The notes beneath the pieces were generated by a model. That model ran no database searches and was not told the DNA's origin. It worked only from the letters and a program-made list of their open reading frames with translations. A stretch of 64,000 bases of DNA, taken from positions 9,211 to 73,210 of the forward strand of contig DATJGT010000036.1 in NCBI GenBank assembly GCA_035494695.1, in the 5' to 3' direction. The DNA comes from Rhizomicrobium sp. (GTDB lineage: Bacteria; Pseudomonadota; Alphaproteobacteria; Micropepsales; Micropepsaceae). A program made the translations under genes and the position numbers. Positions 54,575 to 64,000 of this stretch are shown here, piece by piece (positions within the stretch are counted from its first letter, which is position 1; each line of letters starts with the position of its first letter).

Positions 54575-55441
54575 ATGCCGTCCATTCGCGCCGCGATGCT
54601 GCTGTTTATTTTTTTTGTTGCCACGGTCGCCGGGATTCCGTGGCAATGGAGTGCGCTGCGTTTCGGGCTAAAGCGTCGCAAGACGTTCCCCAATCGCTAT
54701 CATCGCTGGCTTTGCCGGCTGTTCGGATTCCGCATTACCGTGATCGGCAAGCCTGTTCAGGATCGCGGAGTCCTGATGGTGGCAAACCATACTTCCTATT
54801 TTGATATCCTGGTGCTCTCGGGCGTTGCCCGCGTTTCCTTCGTTGCGAAGAAGGAAGTGAATAGCTGGCCCTTCTTTGGCACCATGGCGCGATTGCAGGA
54901 GACGGTGTTCGTGGAGCGCGAGAAGCGCAGCGAAACGGCAACGGCGCGCGATCAAATCCGTGAGCGGCTTCACGAGGGCGACGCGCTGGTGCTCTTCCCC
55001 GAAGGCACGTCCAATGACGGCAATCGGGTTCTGCCGTTCCGGAGCGCGCTGCTCGGCGCCGCCGAGATGGAAGTTGGCACCGACGCGCAGGGGCATATCC
55101 AGCATGTGCCGGTTCAACCCGTCTCCGTCACCTATGTCGGCTTGCACGGCATTCCGATGGGCCGTGAGAACCGGCCTCTCTTCGCCTGGTACGGCGATAT
55201 GGAACTGGTTCCACACCTATGGGAAGCGATAAAAGCGGGACCGATCGATGTGGCGGTCGAATTTCATCCGCCCCTGACGGTGGATTCCGTTGGCGACAGG
55301 AAGGCACTCGCCGCGGCTGCGGAAACGATGGTCCGGGCGGGGCAGGCCCGCGCGCTGGCTGGTCTCTATGTGGATGGACATCGGCCGCCCCCGTCACGAT
55401 CATCGCAGTCCGCAGCAGACCTTGCCGAGGCGGCGGCATGA
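54575..55441 (+). CDS. Lysophospholipid acyltransferase (PlsC/OlsA-like)
   Basis: NHTSYFD, FVAK, LFPEGT; position before miaB as for OlsA. Confidence 0.88.
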   Translation: MPSIRAAMLLFIFFVATVAGIPWQWSALRFGLKRRKTFPNRYHRWLCRLFGFRITVIGKPVQDRGVLMVANHTSYFDILVLSGVARVSFVAKKEVNSWPFFGTMARLQETVFVEREKRSETATARDQIRERLHEGDALVLFPEGTSNDGNRVLPFRSALLGAAEMEVGTDAQGHIQHVPVQPVSVTYVGLHGIPMGRENRPLFAWYGDMELVPHLWEAIKAGPIDVAVEFHPPLTVDSVGDRKALAAAAETMVRAGQARALAGLYVDGHRPPPSRSSQSAADLAEAAA

Positions 55442-55486
55442 CCTTGCTTGCCAGCAAGAGCGCCAATCGCGCATAACGCCGAGCCC

Positions 55487-56842
55487 ATGAAGAAGCTGTT
55501 CGTCAAGACCTATGGTTGCCAGATGAACGTCTACGATTCTGCCCGAATCGTAGACGTTTTGGCGCCGCTCGGATACGCACCGGCTGAGACAGCTAACGAG
55601 GCTGACCTCGTCGTGCTCAATACCTGCCACATTCGGGAGAAGGCAGCGGAGAAAGTCTATTCCGAATTGGGCCGCTTGCGCCGGCTGAAAGAGCAACGGG
55701 CCGCTGATGGCGAGGACATGCTGATCGCCGTTGCCGGCTGCGTTGCTCAGGCCGAAGGCGAAGAGATGATCCGGCGGCAGCATGCGGTCGATCTGGTGGT
55801 CGGCCCACAAGCGTATCACCACATTCCCGAAATGCTCGCGCGGCTTGCGCGCGAAAAGGGTCATGCGCTCGAAACGGATTTCGCGCCGGAAGAGAAATTC
55901 GATTCCTTGCCCGAAGCGAAGGCGACCGGGCCAGCGGCCTTTCTCACCGTGCAGGAAGGATGCGACAAGTTCTGCACGTTCTGCGTTGTGCCTTACACGC
56001 GCGGCGCGGAGTATTCGCGGCCGGTGTGGCAGATCGAGGCGGAGGCGCGGCGGCTTGTGGAATGGGGCGTGCGCGAGATCACGTTGTTGGGTCAGAACGT
56101 GAATGCGTATTGCGGCGAAGGTCCGGACGGCCAGTCCTGGGGGCTTGCAAAGCTGCTACGCGCCCTTGCGCAGATCCGTGGGCTGGAACGCCTGCGTTAT
56201 ACGACGAGTCATCCGCGCGACATGAGCGACGATCTTATCGAAGCTCATCGCGATCTCCCGGCCTTGATGCCGTATCTGCATTTGCCAGTGCAGTCCGGTT
56301 CTGACCGTGTCCTTGCGGCCATGAACCGGCAGCACAAGCGAGACAGATATCTCGCGCTTGTCGAACGCGTACGCGCGGCGCGGAGCGACATTGCGCTCTC
56401 CTCGGATTTCATTGTGGGTTTCCCCGGCGAGAAGGACGAGGATTTCGAGGCGACGATGTCGCTGGTGCGCGATGTGGGCTACGCGCAGGCGTTCTCATTC
56501 AAGTACAGCGCGCGACCGGGAACGCCGGCGGCGGCGCGGACACAAGTTCCCGACGAGGTAAAATCGGGGCGTCTCGAAACGCTGCAAGCGCTGCTCTCGG
56601 AGCAGCAGCGGGCTTTCAATGCGTCCTGCGACGGCCGGACAATGGCGGTGTTGCTTGAGAAGCCGGGGCGAAAGGCCGGGCAGGCTGTCGGCCGCTCGCC
56701 ATACCTTCAGCCGGTCCACGTAAATTGCGCCGAGCATTTGATCGGCGAAATCCGCGAGGTCCGGATCGAAGGCGTATCGCCGAACAGCTTGCACGGCGTC
56801 CTTGTTCCGGTGCCGCACGCGCGAAAGGTGGCCGCGCATTGA
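55487..56842 (+). CDS. miaB: tRNA methylthiotransferase
   Basis: [24 protein letters not shown] domain. Confidence 0.96.
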   Translation: MKKLFVKTYGCQMNVYDSARIVDVLAPLGYAPAETANEADLVVLNTCHIREKAAEKVYSELGRLRRLKEQRAADGEDMLIAVAGCVAQAEGEEMIRRQHAVDLVVGPQAYHHIPEMLARLAREKGHALETDFAPEEKFDSLPEAKATGPAAFLTVQEGCDKFCTFCVVPYTRGAEYSRPVWQIEAEARRLVEWGVREITLLGQNVNAYCGEGPDGQSWGLAKLLRALAQIRGLERLRYTTSHPRDMSDDLIEAHRDLPALMPYLHLPVQSGSDRVLAAMNRQHKRDRYLALVERVRAARSDIALSSDFIVGFPGEKDEDFEATMSLVRDVGYAQAFSFKYSARPGTPAAARTQVPDEVKSGRLETLQALLSEQQRAFNASCDGRTMAVLLEKPGRKAGQAVGRSPYLQPVHVNCAEHLIGEIREVRIEGVSPNSLHGVLVPVPHARKVAAH

Positions 56843-57867
56843 GTCCGGCGCGGGCCAAACAGCGCAAATCCGCGCGGGAGCAAGTCACGCTCGAGTTTCC
56901 AGATAACGCCCTGCTTGCGGCACTCGGCGGCGCACATCAGCGCAATTACGTGCGGCTCGAACAGAAACTCGGGGTGCGCGTCGCGACCCGCGGCAATCTT
57001 GTGGGGATCGAAGGTTCGCCCGACGCGCGCGAACGCGCCGCCTCCGTCCTGCGCGCGCTCTATGCTCGCCTCGAAGCTGGCGATGAAGCCGGACCGGCCG
57101 AAATCGATGCCGAGATTCGCTTTGCCACCCACGAGGAGCAAAAATTGCCGGATGGCGATTTCGGAACACCATCGGTCAAGACCGCAACCAATCGCGTTGC
57201 CCGCGCGCGATCGCCGGCGCAGAGCGCCTATCTTGACTGCATGCGCACACACCCGCTCGTGTTCGGCGTGGGCCCTGCCGGCACGGGCAAGACCTATCTC
57301 GCCGCCGCGTTCGGCGCACATCTGCTGTATGGCCGTCATGTCGAGCGCCTGGTCCTGTCGCGTCCCGCCCTGGAAGCGGGCGAACGGCTCGGGTTTTTGC
57401 CAGGCGATATTCGCGAGAAAATCGATCCCTATCTTCGGCCCCTGTACGATGCACTTTTCGAGGTGATGGGTGAGCAGTGCCTCAGGCTGATGGAATCTGG
57501 CGTGATCGAAGTCGCTCCGCTCGCCTTCATGCGGGGACGCACGCTCGCGCGCGCATTTGTGATTCTCGATGAGGCGCAGAACTGCACGTCTGCGCAGATG
57601 AAGATGTTTCTGACTCGCCTTGGCGAAGATGCCCGCATGGTCGTGACCGGCGATCCGTCCCAGAGCGACCTCCCGGGTGGACGGGCGGAAGGTTTGAACG
57701 AGGCGTTGTCGATTCTAACGGATGTTGAAGGTGTCGCGGTTGCGCGGTTCACTGAAAAGGATGTCGTCCGCCATCCCTTGGTGACGCGGATCGTGCGGGC
57801 TTACGCGGACAATCCGGCTTCCGCGCTTCCCCCACGCTACCGCAAAAAGACAGAAGGCGAGCCGTGA
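56839..57867 (+). CDS. phoH: PhoH-like ATPase (YbeZ)
   Basis: TTG start overlapping the miaB stop; [32 protein letters not shown]. Confidence 0.93.
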   Translation: MSPARAKQRKSAREQVTLEFPDNALLAALGGAHQRNYVRLEQKLGVRVATRGNLVGIEGSPDARERAASVLRALYARLEAGDEAGPAEIDAEIRFATHEEQKLPDGDFGTPSVKTATNRVARARSPAQSAYLDCMRTHPLVFGVGPAGTGKTYLAAAFGAHLLYGRHVERLVLSRPALEAGERLGFLPGDIREKIDPYLRPLYDALFEVMGEQCLRLMESGVIEVAPLAFMRGRTLARAFVILDEAQNCTSAQMKMFLTRLGEDARMVVTGDPSQSDLPGGRAEGLNEALSILTDVEGVAVARFTEKDVVRHPLVTRIVRAYADNPASALPPRYRKKTEGEP

Positions 57868-58355
57868 GCCGCGCGACCAGCCCGGTTCGCTCGCGGTGCG
57901 TTTCGGTTCTTGTTGAAGACCCTGTCTGGCGCCGGACAATGCCCAAACTCGTTTCGACCGTTCGGAAAGCAGGTTCGCTTACCTTGCAAAAGGCGTCGAA
58001 TGCGCGCGTCGGCAATCTGACGATTCTTCTGACGAACGATGAGCGCGTGCGCGCGCTGAATACGCAATTTCGTGGGAAGGACAAGCCCACAAACGTGCTG
58101 TCGTTCCCCTCAGGGGCGGGCGATTACCTGGGGGATGTGGCGATTGCCTATGGTGTGGCCTCGCGGGAAGCCGAATCGGATGGTAAGACTCTGGTGGAGC
58201 ATGTTGCGCATCTGGCCGTCCATGGAGTTCTCCATCTCCTGGGCTATGATCATGAAAGGGCCAGCGAAGCCGAAATTATGGAATCGATCGAGACGCAGAT
58301 TTTAGCCGAATTGGGAATTCCCAATCCTTATGACCGGCGAAAGCGCGCCGCCTGA
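57864..58355 (+). CDS. ybeY: Endoribonuclease YbeY
   Basis: KPTNVLSFP, HGVLHLLGYDH. Confidence 0.95.
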   Translation: MSRATSPVRSRCVSVLVEDPVWRRTMPKLVSTVRKAGSLTLQKASNARVGNLTILLTNDERVRALNTQFRGKDKPTNVLSFPSGAGDYLGDVAIAYGVASREAESDGKTLVEHVAHLAVHGVLHLLGYDHERASEAEIMESIETQILAELGIPNPYDRRKRAA

Positions 58356-58361
58356 AGCGCC

Positions 58362-59273
58362 ATGTCTGACCCCGACCCAAGCTCCATCGAGCAGCGCGAG
58401 AATGGCCGCGCCTTTTCCAGTTTTCTGAAACGGCTGAGCTACGCTTTGCGCCGCCGACATGGCGACTCGATCCGCGAAAGCCTCGAGGAAGTGATCGAGG
58501 AGAGCGAACGGCAGAATCCTGAGCTTGCGCGGCGCGAGCGCATGATGCTCGCCAATCTGCTCAAGTTCGGCGAGCTGCGGGTGGATGATGTTAAGGTGCC
58601 GCGCGCCGATATTATCGCCGTGGATGAATCGATCACGGTCTGCGAGCTGATCGCAAAATTCCGTGAGGCGCAGCATTCGCGACTTCCGATCTATCGAGAG
58701 ACGCTGGACGATCCCATCGGACTTGTGCACATCAAGGACGCCGTCGGATTGGGCGAACTTGGCCCGGACGGAATCATGCGCTGGCCGGAGGTATCCATTG
58801 CGCAGGTGAGGCGCGACATTCTTTTCGCACCACCGTCCATGCCTGCCAGCGACTTGCTGCTCAAGATGCAGACGACCCGTATTCACCTCGCCCTGGTGAT
58901 CGACGAGTATGGCGGGACGGACGGGCTGGTCTCCATCGAAGATCTGGTTGAGGAAATCGTCGGCGATATCGGCGATGAGCACGACGTGGATGAAGCCCCG
59001 CACCTCACGAAGCTGGCGGACGGCAGTTATGAAGCCGATGCGCGACTCGACCTCGAGGACTTTGGCGAGCAGACGGGGGTGATGCTTCAGTCGCCGGATC
59101 CCGAGGAGGATGTCGACACGTTGGGGGGTCTTGTCGTCTCGATCATCGGGCGCGTGCCGCAGCGCGGGGAAATCGTAAGTCATAACGGATTCGATTTCGA
59201 AGTGCTCGAGGCCGATCCGCGCCGCGTAAAGCGTGTGCGCCTGCGCCCTCTGAGCGCGACTACGGCATTGTAG
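58362..59273 (+). CDS. corC: CBS/CorC-HlyC domain protein (YbeX)
   Basis: HSRLP, DEYGGTDGLVSIEDLVEEIVGDI, DTLGG. Confidence 0.9.
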   Translation: MSDPDPSSIEQRENGRAFSSFLKRLSYALRRRHGDSIRESLEEVIEESERQNPELARRERMMLANLLKFGELRVDDVKVPRADIIAVDESITVCELIAKFREAQHSRLPIYRETLDDPIGLVHIKDAVGLGELGPDGIMRWPEVSIAQVRRDILFAPPSMPASDLLLKMQTTRIHLALVIDEYGGTDGLVSIEDLVEEIVGDIGDEHDVDEAPHLTKLADGSYEADARLDLEDFGEQTGVMLQSPDPEEDVDTLGGLVVSIIGRVPQRGEIVSHNGFDFEVLEADPRRVKRVRLRPLSATTAL

Positions 59274-59276
59274 CGC

Positions 59277-60872
59277 ATGCTGACCAGCACCGATCGCTTT
59301 GTGTCCGCCTGTGCGCGGCTTGGCGAATCTGTTCGTGGCTTGCGAGGCTGGCGGCGTTTGGGATTTGCCATTCTCGTCGGCGCCATCACCGCGCTTGGGT
59401 TCGCGCCCTTCGGTATCTTTCCGCTGCTCCTGCTCGGTTATGCCGCGGTTGTTCTCCTGCTCGACGGCACACAGCGTGAATCGCGGCCGATCTGGGAGAG
59501 CGCGGGCATCGGATGGGCGTTCGGGTTCGGGCAGTTTCTCACGGGCTTGTATTGGGTTGCATATGCGTTTTTGGTCGATCCGCTTCAACACGCCTGGCAG
59601 ATCCCGTTCGTCGCGATCCTGTTCCCTGGCGGGCTCGCGCTGCTTCCCGCGTTCGCCTGTGCGGCCTCCGCGGCGCTTTGGCGTGAGGGCGTTTTGCGGG
59701 TGTTCGTCCTCGCAGCGATGCTGTCGATATTCGAATGGCTGCGTGGGCACATTCTCACCGGTTTTCCGTGGAATCTTGCCGGCTACGGTTGGGGCGCCTC
59801 GCTCTCGATTCTGCAGAGCACTGCCGTCTTCGGCGTCTACGGCCTCACACTCCTCACCTTTCTGTTCGGTGCGTCGCTGGCGCTTCCGTTCGAAGAATGG
59901 AGCCCAAGGGCCCTCGCCCTTCCGCTCGGGTTTGCGGCCCTGTTTGTGGTTTTCTGGATCGGCGGCGCGATTCGGCTGACGACCACGCCGGAACTGACGG
60001 TTCCCGGCGTGCGGTTGCGAATCGTCCAGCCGAATGTCCCGCAGGATCAGAAGTACATTCCTTCCCTGCGCGCGGCTCATTGGCGTGAACTGATCGAGCT
60101 CAGTCTCAGGCCCGCCAGACAGGCCCCGACGCACATTATCTGGCCGGAAGCAGCGGTGCCGTTCCTGCTTCAGCGCGAGCCGGTTGCTCTCGCCGATATT
60201 ATTGCGCTGACGTCGAACGGCAAGACGCTGATGACAGGCGCCATTCGCGCGGTTACGAGCCTCGACCGAAAAACAACTTACCGCAACAGCTTCTATATGT
60301 TCGGGCCTGGCAGACAGGTTCTCGCCATTTACGACAAATTCCATCTCGTCCCATTTGGCGAGTATGTACCCTTTCCGGCGACGCTGCATGCGCTCGGCAT
60401 AGACAAGCTTGTCAATCAGCCGGGAAGCTTTGCAAGCGGCGATGGTCCGCACACCTATTCCGTGCCAGGAGCGCCGCCCGTCGGACCATTGATCTGCTAT
60501 GAAATCCTCTTCCCGCACGAGGTTGTCGGGCAGAAGCGGCCCGGTTGGTTCGTGAATGTTACGGACGATTCCTGGTTCGGCCCCGCCTCTTCAACTGGAC
60601 CTTACCAGCACCTGTTGGTGGCGCGCGTGCGCGCGATCGAAGAGGGAATCCCGGTTGCGCGCGCCGCGAATACCGGCATTTCCGCTGTCATCGACCCGCT
60701 TGGGCGCGTGTTGGCGATGCTGCCGCTCGAAAGGCGCGGCGTTGTCGATGCGCCTCTCCCCAGGGCAGCGAATCCGACGCCTTATGAACGTGTGGGAGAT
60801 TGGGGGTTTCTTGTGATGCTGTTGATCTGTCTGGCACTTGGCCTGTTCCGGCCACGATCTGCAACGTCGTGA
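59277..60872 (+). CDS. lnt: Apolipoprotein N-acyltransferase
   Basis: GFPWN, VQPN, WPE, KFHLVPFGEY, ICYE, RAANTGIS. Confidence 0.96.
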   Translation: MLTSTDRFVSACARLGESVRGLRGWRRLGFAILVGAITALGFAPFGIFPLLLLGYAAVVLLLDGTQRESRPIWESAGIGWAFGFGQFLTGLYWVAYAFLVDPLQHAWQIPFVAILFPGGLALLPAFACAASAALWREGVLRVFVLAAMLSIFEWLRGHILTGFPWNLAGYGWGASLSILQSTAVFGVYGLTLLTFLFGASLALPFEEWSPRALALPLGFAALFVVFWIGGAIRLTTTPELTVPGVRLRIVQPNVPQDQKYIPSLRAAHWRELIELSLRPARQAPTHIIWPEAAVPFLLQREPVALADIIALTSNGKTLMTGAIRAVTSLDRKTTYRNSFYMFGPGRQVLAIYDKFHLVPFGEYVPFPATLHALGIDKLVNQPGSFASGDGPHTYSVPGAPPVGPLICYEILFPHEVVGQKRPGWFVNVTDDSWFGPASSTGPYQHLLVARVRAIEEGIPVARAANTGISAVIDPLGRVLAMLPLERRGVVDAPLPRAANPTPYERVGDWGFLVMLLICLALGLFRPRSATS

Positions 60873-60879
60873 GCGGATC

Positions 60880-62532
60880 TCAGTTCATGCCCGGCTCAAG
60901 CAGCCGCCGCGCGATCACCTGCGCCTGAATTTCCGCGGCGCCCTCGAAGATGTTGAGGATGCGAGCGTCGCAGAGCACGCGGCTCACTTCGAATTCCAGT
61001 GCAAACCCGTTGCCGCCATGAATTTGCACCGCGCTGTCTGCCGCCGCCCAGGCGACGCGCGCGGCGAGCAGCTTCGCCATGCCGGCTTCCAGATCGCAAC
61101 GGCGTCCGGCATCCTTCTCGCGCGCGGCGTGGTACGTGAGCTGGCGCGCGACCATGATCTCGACCGCCATCAGGGCGAGCTTGTCGCGCACGCGGGGAAA
61201 TTCGAAAATTGCTTTCCCGAATTGCTTGCGCTCGAGGGCGTACCGCAAACCCAGGTCGAGCGCCGATTGTGCCACGCCGATGGCGCGCGCGGCCGTTTGA
61301 ATCCGAGCGGATTCGAATGTCTGCATCAGCTGCTTGAATCCCTGCCCTTCCTCGCGGCCGAGCAGATTGGCGGCTGGAATTTCGAAGCCGTCGAAGCCGA
61401 TTTCGTATTCCTTCATCCCGCGATAGCCGAGCACTTTGATCTCGCCGCCGCCCATGCCCTTTGCCGGAAACGGATTTGAATCGCTTCCGCGCGGCTTTTC
61501 CGCCAGGAACATGGAGAGGGCGCGATAGTCCGGGGTATTGGGATTGGTACGGGCAAGCACGGTCATCAGATTGGCGCGCGCGGCATGCGTGATCCAGGTC
61601 TTGTTACCGTAGAGTTTGTAGACGTCTCCCTCGCGAACTGCTCTGGTTTGGAGCGCGCCAAGATCGGAGCCCGTGTTGGGTTCGGTGAAGACGGCGGTCG
61701 GAAGAACTTCGCCGCTGGCGATTTTCGGCAGCCAGGAATCGCGCTGCTCTTGCGTGCCGCCGTTGAGAATCAACTCTGCGGCAATTTCGGACCGGGTCCC
61801 GAGCGAACCGACGCCGATATAGCCGCGTGACAGCTCTTCCGAAACCACGCACATCGCGGCCTTCGAGAGCCCGGCGCCTCCATACGACTCGGGGACTGTT
61901 AGACCGAAGACGCCAAGCGCCGACAGCTCCTGAATTAGGTCCAGCGGAATCAATTCGTCATTCAGGTGCCAGCGATGCGCCCGTGGCGTGATCTTCTCCT
62001 GTGCGAAGCGGAAGAACTGCTCGCGAGCCATGGTCAGCACGTCGTCGAGCCCCGGATCGCCGAACAGCATCCCGCCGGCATGCGCCGAGAGGAAATCGCC
62101 GATACTTGCGCGCACTCCGTCTGTCGTGCCCGTATGGATCAATTCGTGCGTCGCGTTCCAAAACGTGGCAAAATCTTCGTTGGAGAGGCCAAGATCGCTA
62201 GGCCGCGCGATCTCGTTCTGGCTCATGGGAATCCCGCCCGCCATTTGCGCCAAGTACTCTCCGAAGGCGGCGTGCAAGAGCGCCTGTTCGATTTCGCCGA
62301 ATTTGCCATCCGCCTCTAACTCGCGCGCCCAACGCGCCATTTGCCGAAGTGCTTCGGCGTAAGTGGCATACCAGGACAGCGCATGGGCAGCACGCTGCTC
62401 GCGGTCGAGTGTGGCGGGCGAAATCTTGCCATCTCCGAGACTTTCTCGAACGCGTGCCTTTGCCGCCGCGACCAGGCGATCCGCCGCGGCCACGGCATTG
62501 TTGCAGCGAGACAGAATATCGGGAACGTTCAT
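60880..62532 (-). CDS. mcd: Methylsuccinyl-CoA dehydrogenase (acyl-CoA dehydrogenase)
   Basis: 550 aa with N-terminal extension; GSLGTRSEIA, FTEPNTGSD, VLGYRGMKEY, NIFEGAAEIQ; adjacent to ccr. Confidence 0.88.
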   Translation of the reverse strand: MNVPDILSRCNNAVAAADRLVAAAKARVRESLGDGKISPATLDREQRAAHALSWYATYAEALRQMARWARELEADGKFGEIEQALLHAAFGEYLAQMAGGIPMSQNEIARPSDLGLSNEDFATFWNATHELIHTGTTDGVRASIGDFLSAHAGGMLFGDPGLDDVLTMAREQFFRFAQEKITPRAHRWHLNDELIPLDLIQELSALGVFGLTVPESYGGAGLSKAAMCVVSEELSRGYIGVGSLGTRSEIAAELILNGGTQEQRDSWLPKIASGEVLPTAVFTEPNTGSDLGALQTRAVREGDVYKLYGNKTWITHAARANLMTVLARTNPNTPDYRALSMFLAEKPRGSDSNPFPAKGMGGGEIKVLGYRGMKEYEIGFDGFEIPAANLLGREEGQGFKQLMQTFESARIQTAARAIGVAQSALDLGLRYALERKQFGKAIFEFPRVRDKLALMAVEIMVARQLTYHAAREKDAGRRCDLEAGMAKLLAARVAWAAADSAVQIHGGNGFALEFEVSRVLCDARILNIFEGAAEIQAQVIARRLLEPGMN

Positions 62533-62541
62533 CTGCCGAGC

Positions 62542-63825
62542 TTAAGACTTTCCCGCCTCAAGCACATCTTCGAAGGTCCGCAATCCAGGCCGCGGTGAGT
62601 TCACGAGCACCGCCATGTTTCCCGGCAGGTGCTCGTTCTTCCACATTTTGGTGTGGGCCCGGGGGATATCGGCCCACGGAAAAACCTCGCTCATGCAGGG
62701 ATCGAGCCGGCGCTCCAGCATAAGCTTGTTCGCCTGCGCTGCCTGATAGAGGTTGGCGAAATGCGAACCCTGGATGCGCTTCTGCCGCATCCAGACGTAG
62801 CGCGCGTCAAAGCTGAGGTTGTATCCGGTGGTGCCAGCGCAGAACACGACCATTCCGCCGCGCTTCACCACGAGGCATGAGACCGGAAACGTCTGCTCGC
62901 CGGGATGTTCGAACACCATGTCGACATCGTTGCCCTTGCCGGTGATGTCCCAAATCGCTTTGCCGAATTTCCGCGCTTCCTTTGTCCACCCGTCATATTC
63001 GGGCGTGCCAACCTTCGGCATCTGGCCCCAGCAGTGGAATTCCTTGCGATTGATGACGCCCTTGGCGCCGAGCGATAGCACGAATTCGCGCTTGCTCTCA
63101 TCGCTGATGACCCCGATCGCGTTGGCGCCGGATACCGCGCAGAGCTGAACCGCAAAGGAGCCCAAGCCGCCACTCGCGCCCCAGACGAGCACATTATGGC
63201 CCGGGCGGAGGATGTGCGGCCGGTGGCCGAAGAACATGCGATAGGTCGTGGCGAGCGTGAGCGTATAGCAGGCGGATTCTTCCCAGGTGAGATGCTTCGG
63301 CCGCGGCATGAGCTGCCGATCCTGCACGCGGGCGAACTGTGCGAACGAGCCGTCCGGCGTCTCGTAACCCCAGATCCGCTGCGACGGCGAGAACATCGGG
63401 TCGCCGCCGTTGCATTCCTCGTCATCACCATCGTCCTGATTGCAGTGCACGACGACTTCGTCGCCCACTTTCCAGCGCGTGACCTTCGAGCCTACGGCCC
63501 ACACGATCCCGGACGCATCGGAGCCGGCGACGTGGTAGGGATTCTTGTGGCCATCGATCGGCGAAACCGGCGTGCCAAGCCCAGCCCACACGCCGTTGTA
63601 ATTCACGCCAGCGGCCATCACGAGGATCAGCACATCGTGCGAATCGAGCGGCCAGGTCGGCACGAGCTCGATCTGCATCGACTCTTCCGGAGGGCCGTGG
63701 CGATCCTTGCGGATGGCCCAAGCGTACATGCTCTTGGGCACATGCCCCAGCGGTGGAATTTCGCCGATCTCGTAAAGATCCTTCACCACCGCCAGGTTTG
63801 GCCGGACCTCCGCCGTTTGCGCCAT
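62542..63825 (-). CDS. ccr: Crotonyl-CoA carboxylase/reductase
   Basis: KDLYEIGEIPPLGHVP, GVNYNGVW, IWGYETPDGSFAQF, WMRQKRIQGSH. Confidence 0.96.
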   Translation of the reverse strand: MAQTAEVRPNLAVVKDLYEIGEIPPLGHVPKSMYAWAIRKDRHGPPEESMQIELVPTWPLDSHDVLILVMAAGVNYNGVWAGLGTPVSPIDGHKNPYHVAGSDASGIVWAVGSKVTRWKVGDEVVVHCNQDDGDDEECNGGDPMFSPSQRIWGYETPDGSFAQFARVQDRQLMPRPKHLTWEESACYTLTLATTYRMFFGHRPHILRPGHNVLVWGASGGLGSFAVQLCAVSGANAIGVISDESKREFVLSLGAKGVINRKEFHCWGQMPKVGTPEYDGWTKEARKFGKAIWDITGKGNDVDMVFEHPGEQTFPVSCLVVKRGGMVVFCAGTTGYNLSFDARYVWMRQKRIQGSHFANLYQAAQANKLMLERRLDPCMSEVFPWADIPRAHTKMWKNEHLPGNMAVLVNSPRPGLRTFEDVLEAGKS

Positions 63826-63882
63826 GGAACTCTCCCGCTCGCTGCCCGCAGATAATTCGTCAGTTTAGGATGTGATCCGTCC

Positions 63883-63913
63883 TGCACTGCAAGATCGATT
63901 TTGCACTGCAGCA
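63883..63913. promoter_or_regulatory. Tandem TGCACTGCA motifs, PhaR-like operator upstream of ccr
   Basis: TGCACTGCA at 63883-63891 and 63902-63910 (second is TGCACTGCAGCA). Confidence 0.55.
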
Positions 63914-64000
63914 GCAGCAGGTTGTAATCTGCTGTGGAAATATGGACCACAGCGGCAATAAAGTTGCCGAAGTGCTCGTGGCTGATGCGACCGAACTCAC

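Noticed and set aside
58302-60518. 738-aa minus-strand ORF
   Set aside because: Antisense shadow of corC and lnt with no recognisable motifs; expected in high-GC DNA

Overview
GC-rich alphaproteobacterial chromosome segment. A Micropepsales/Rhizomicrobium-like lineage is my inference from gene content, not a demonstrated result. It is mostly housekeeping: the asd 3' end, ethylmalonyl-CoA pathway genes at both ends (mcl2-like and mch; mcd and ccr), zapE, class II RNR nrdJ, tyrC-hisC, metX, gloB, rpoD-dnaG-yqeY-carA, fabI-fabB-fabA with irr, rubrerythrin-RFO-DUF3501, ferredoxin reductase-ferredoxin-Hpt, rsmB-htpX, and nfuA-tsaB-rimI-fur-plsC/olsA-miaB-phoH-ybeY-corC-lnt. Small accessory insertions are interspersed. 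I saw no rRNA, tRNA, CRISPR, transposase or phage genes. The most notable observations are: (1) an ECF sigma/anti-sigma/Tat metallophosphoesterase/cupredoxin module with two identically spaced copies of a candidate promoter, whose sigma factor needs a non-ATG start; (2) an Ada-AlkA fusion with an intact alkylation sensor but apparently degenerate glycosylase motifs, divergent from a secreted HAF-repeat protein; (3) an RpoD with a ~110-aa Lys/Ala/Pro-rich N-terminal extension; (4) a short GPR/RgsE/TipN-like polar protein; (5) tandem secreted S53 peptidases; (6) clear Irr (ICE) boxes and plausible NrdR and PhaR operators. All calls come from motif recognition by eye, and no database searches were run.
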